NCBI GenBank assembly: GCA_963575745.1 | Contig: CAUYUJ010000219.1 | Location: 1-64,000 of the forward strand | Reading direction: 5' to 3' | Source of the DNA: Prorocentrum cordatum | Lineage: Eukaryota | DNA: 64,000 bases | Shown: one piece after another, positions 61,299 to 64,000 of the stretch | Numbering within the stretch: position 1 is the stretch's first letter | Layout of the letters: each line of letters starts with the position of its first letter | The notes under the pieces: generated by a model | Databases searched by the model: none | What the model was told of the DNA's origin: nothing | Seen by the model: only the letters and a program-made list of their open reading frames with translations | Made by a program: the position numbers and the translations under genes

Positions 61299-61418
61299 GT
61301 TGTGCTGCATGCGCACGGCGAGGCCGAAATCCCCGAGCTTCACGCGCGCCTGCTCGCTCGCGGCGCCGCCCCCCACGAGCATGGCGTTCTCCGGCTTCAC
61401 GTCGCGGTGGCAGATGGC
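61299..61418 (-). CDS. Kinase exon, subdomains VIb-VII
   Basis: ag|AICHRDVKPENAMLVGGGAASEQARVKLGDFGLAVRMQHN|gc; 120 nt, phase 0-0. Upstream exons (I-VIa) were not found in the window. Confidence 0.9.
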
Positions 61419-61871
61419 CTTCAAGCGCAGGAGCCCCACAAATCCTCTCCTCCCTCCTCTTTCCTCCCTCCTCCTCCTCCCTCCTCCTCCTCCCTCCCCC
61501 CCTTCTCTCCCCCTCCCCTCCCTCTTCCTCCTCCTCCTCCTCCTCCTCCTCCTCCTCCTCCTCCTCCTCCGACTGCTCTTGTCTCACGTGGAGAGGAGCA
61601 GGTCACCCTTGAATGGACGACCTCTCACCTTGACCTCGAGGCTGAGGGCCTCTCAGATCATCAGGTCTTGCTCAGGGCTGGAAATCATCTGGCTGTCATT
61701 GCGGCCTCAGAGGCCGCTGAGCGCTCCTGGGGGCTTTCGGCCCGTTTCGATCCCGGGACCGACTTTTCGGATGCGCAGACCGCCCTAATTCGGCGCGCCA
61801 GGAGGAGGAGGAGGAGGAGGAGGAGGAGGAGGAGGAGGAGGGGGAGGAGGAGGAAGAGGAGGGGGAGGGGG

Positions 61872-62013
<142 letters not shown>

Positions 62014-62079
62014 GATGGTGATGATGATGGTGATGATGATGATGATGAGGAGGAGGAGGAAGAGGAGATCAAGTTCTGG

Positions 62080-63835
62080 AGGGGGCCGATATGTTGGGCC
62101 CCGTTGTATGAGTTGTTGTGCTAGAAGAACGTTCCAGGTTGGCATGAGCATCAGAAGAATTGTTTGAGAGCAATGATTTCGAATGACTTCTGGAGTCAAG
62201 AGCGCATCAACTCGCACGCCAAGGAAGCTTCATGGGAATGCCAGCTGTGTCTTGGGGCGCCAGGTACTACTTTCCACCGGCGGTTTGAGTGCCCTGCCCA
62301 TGAAGTTTGGCGACGCGAATATCTTGACGACTGGGTTCGCTTAGCCTCATCACGGATTGCTTGTTTATCGTTGGACTACCAGGAGCTGTTCTGCCGTGGT
62401 CTCTTTCCTGATCCTGGTCGTTTTGTGTCGGCCTGATCGGATTGGGGAGGATCCCTGCACCCAGCGGATCAACTGGCCAAGGGAGGGCATCTTTCTCCAG
62501 GCGGACCAGCATGTGTACACTGACAGCGAAGGTTACGAGATGCTGTGGCCATCCTTGCGTGTTGCAGGGTGGTCGGTTGCAGCGTCAGACTGCAATGGTG
62601 AAGTGGTTTCAGCTCTTTATGGAGTGGTGCCTCTTACCGAGGCGCCAGATCAGATTGCAAGAGATGGTGAAGATTCTACTGTATTGATGCTGTCGAGGAA
62701 TTCTGCTGCGGCCCACGGGGCTACAGTGCATGTGCATTGTTCTGGTATTCTGGGTTGTTCTCGGTGGCTTGGAGGCTCGTACCTGTCTTGGGCTTCGGAG
62801 CAGAGGGTCCACTGGTGGGGCGAGATCGGTGACCGTATGCAGGGAGTCAAGTTTGAGAAAGTGAAATCTCACATGCCCTATTATGCGGTTCGCAAGGAAA
62901 GATTTGCCATCGTGACTGGAGAGGAAGCCAGGAGGCGGATCGGCTTGCGAAAGAAGGAGCTCAACAGTTCCGAGCGGATGACGGTGATCTTATGTTGTTG
63001 GAAGGCCTGCACGAGATTGCGAAGCGGGTCGCCAGGTTCGGGAGTTTGCAGCAGGCCGTCTTGTCCGATGTGGAGTACAGAGACCACGTGGGCTTCGAAT
63101 GGATGAGTAAAATTGAACGCGTTCCTCATGATAGGCTTCCTATTCCTGCGTGTTGCGACTGTGAAGCCCCTGTGGAGTCGAACCCCGAAGTCTTGGAGCC
63201 TGATGAGGTCGTCTCGGAGTCTTGAGTGTGGGATGGGCACTCTATTCGGAAGGCGGCGGTTTTTGACGACAGGGTCCAGGTTGACTCGATGATGTGTTGC
63301 GTTAGCTGCGGCAGCAATGTGTCTTGGGAACATCGGGTTCATTCGAAGTCGAGGTGTAAACTCAAAGTGATCTGCAGACCCAAAACGGTTACGGATGGTC
63401 GGAATATGTCCAGGATCGTGAGGGGTCTGCACCCTTTAGCCTCGTCGAGTCTCAAGGTTCAGGAGGCCGGTGGCCTGAAACAGTTCGAGAAAGACTTGTG
63501 GCGGCCCTTCCTTGAGGACTCGGCCGAGTCCCGTAGGTTGAGGCCCAGGCTGCAGCTCGCCCGTCAAATTCGAGGTTTCAAACGAGGAGCGAGGCCCCTG
63601 GGATTGACCTCGTTCGAGGTCTGGCCCTTGTTGGCCTGCCCGAGGAGGAAGCGAGGGCCTTGGGGCGACAGGCCCGCGAGCGGGCCCGCCCTCGTTCGGT
63701 GGAGGAGGATGAGCTCCTCCCTGATGGGCCATGACGGCCCGCGCCCGTTTTGGCGCCGCCCGACGCCCCCCTCGCGTCATGGGTTTTTGTCCTCTCTGCG
63801 CATGCGAATGAGGTAGCACCCTTTCTGCGGTAGAA
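62080..63835 (+). pseudogene. LINE-D: decayed 5'-truncated RNase H-bearing LINE fragment
   Basis: CQLCLGAPGTTFHRRFEC, VYTDSEG, RVAGWSV, QIARDGED, EKVKSH, CCVSCG, RIVRGLHP; colinear with the LINE-A/B 3' halves; stops and frameshifts; flanked by (GAT)n/(GAG)n. Confidence 0.85.
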
Positions 63836-64000
63836 CTAGCGAGGAGGAGGAGGAGGAGGAGGAGGAGGAGGAGGAGGAGGACACGACGCGGAGGAGGCCT
63901 CGTCCCTGGCCGATCCCAGGAGGGCTCGGCTCGGGCCCTCGGCTGCCCCCCCCTCGGAGAGAGCGGGGCGAGGGGTCGGCGCTCGCTCGGGCGCGCTGCG

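Overview
Repeat-dominated, GC-rich eukaryotic genomic DNA, almost certainly from a dinoflagellate: it carries relict dinoflagellate spliced-leader (DinoSL) sequences and GC-AG introns flanked by direct repeats. A Prorocentrum-like host is an inference only. There are two 100-N assembly gaps. Contents: (i) large (CCT)n, (CAT)n, (CTA)n, (GAC)n and (CATA)n microsatellite fields, which account for most of the ORF track; (ii) a 3.8-copy 1.2-kb tandem repeat; (iii) many MITE/foldback elements, several nested; (iv) five non-LTR retrotransposon copies: LINE-A (+, near full length, APE-RT-RNaseH), LINE-B (-, RT-RNaseH, cut by a gap), LINE-C (-, full length, decayed, APE-RT) and two RNaseH-bearing 3' fragments; (v) exons of two host genes on the - strand, a GH3 beta-glucosidase N-terminus and a Ser/Thr kinase with two RING-like fingers. 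Highlights: both LINEs with visible 5' ends begin exactly at DinoSL relics (LINE-C has a 15-nt-periodic stack of them), suggesting promoter-less retrotransposons whose 5' end is renewed by trans-splicing. LINE-B ORF2 holds seven in-frame ~69-bp hairpins whose outer stems co-vary. Host introns show birth scars: one is a whole MITE with a 5-bp TSD, and others are microsatellites between duplicated exon sequence.
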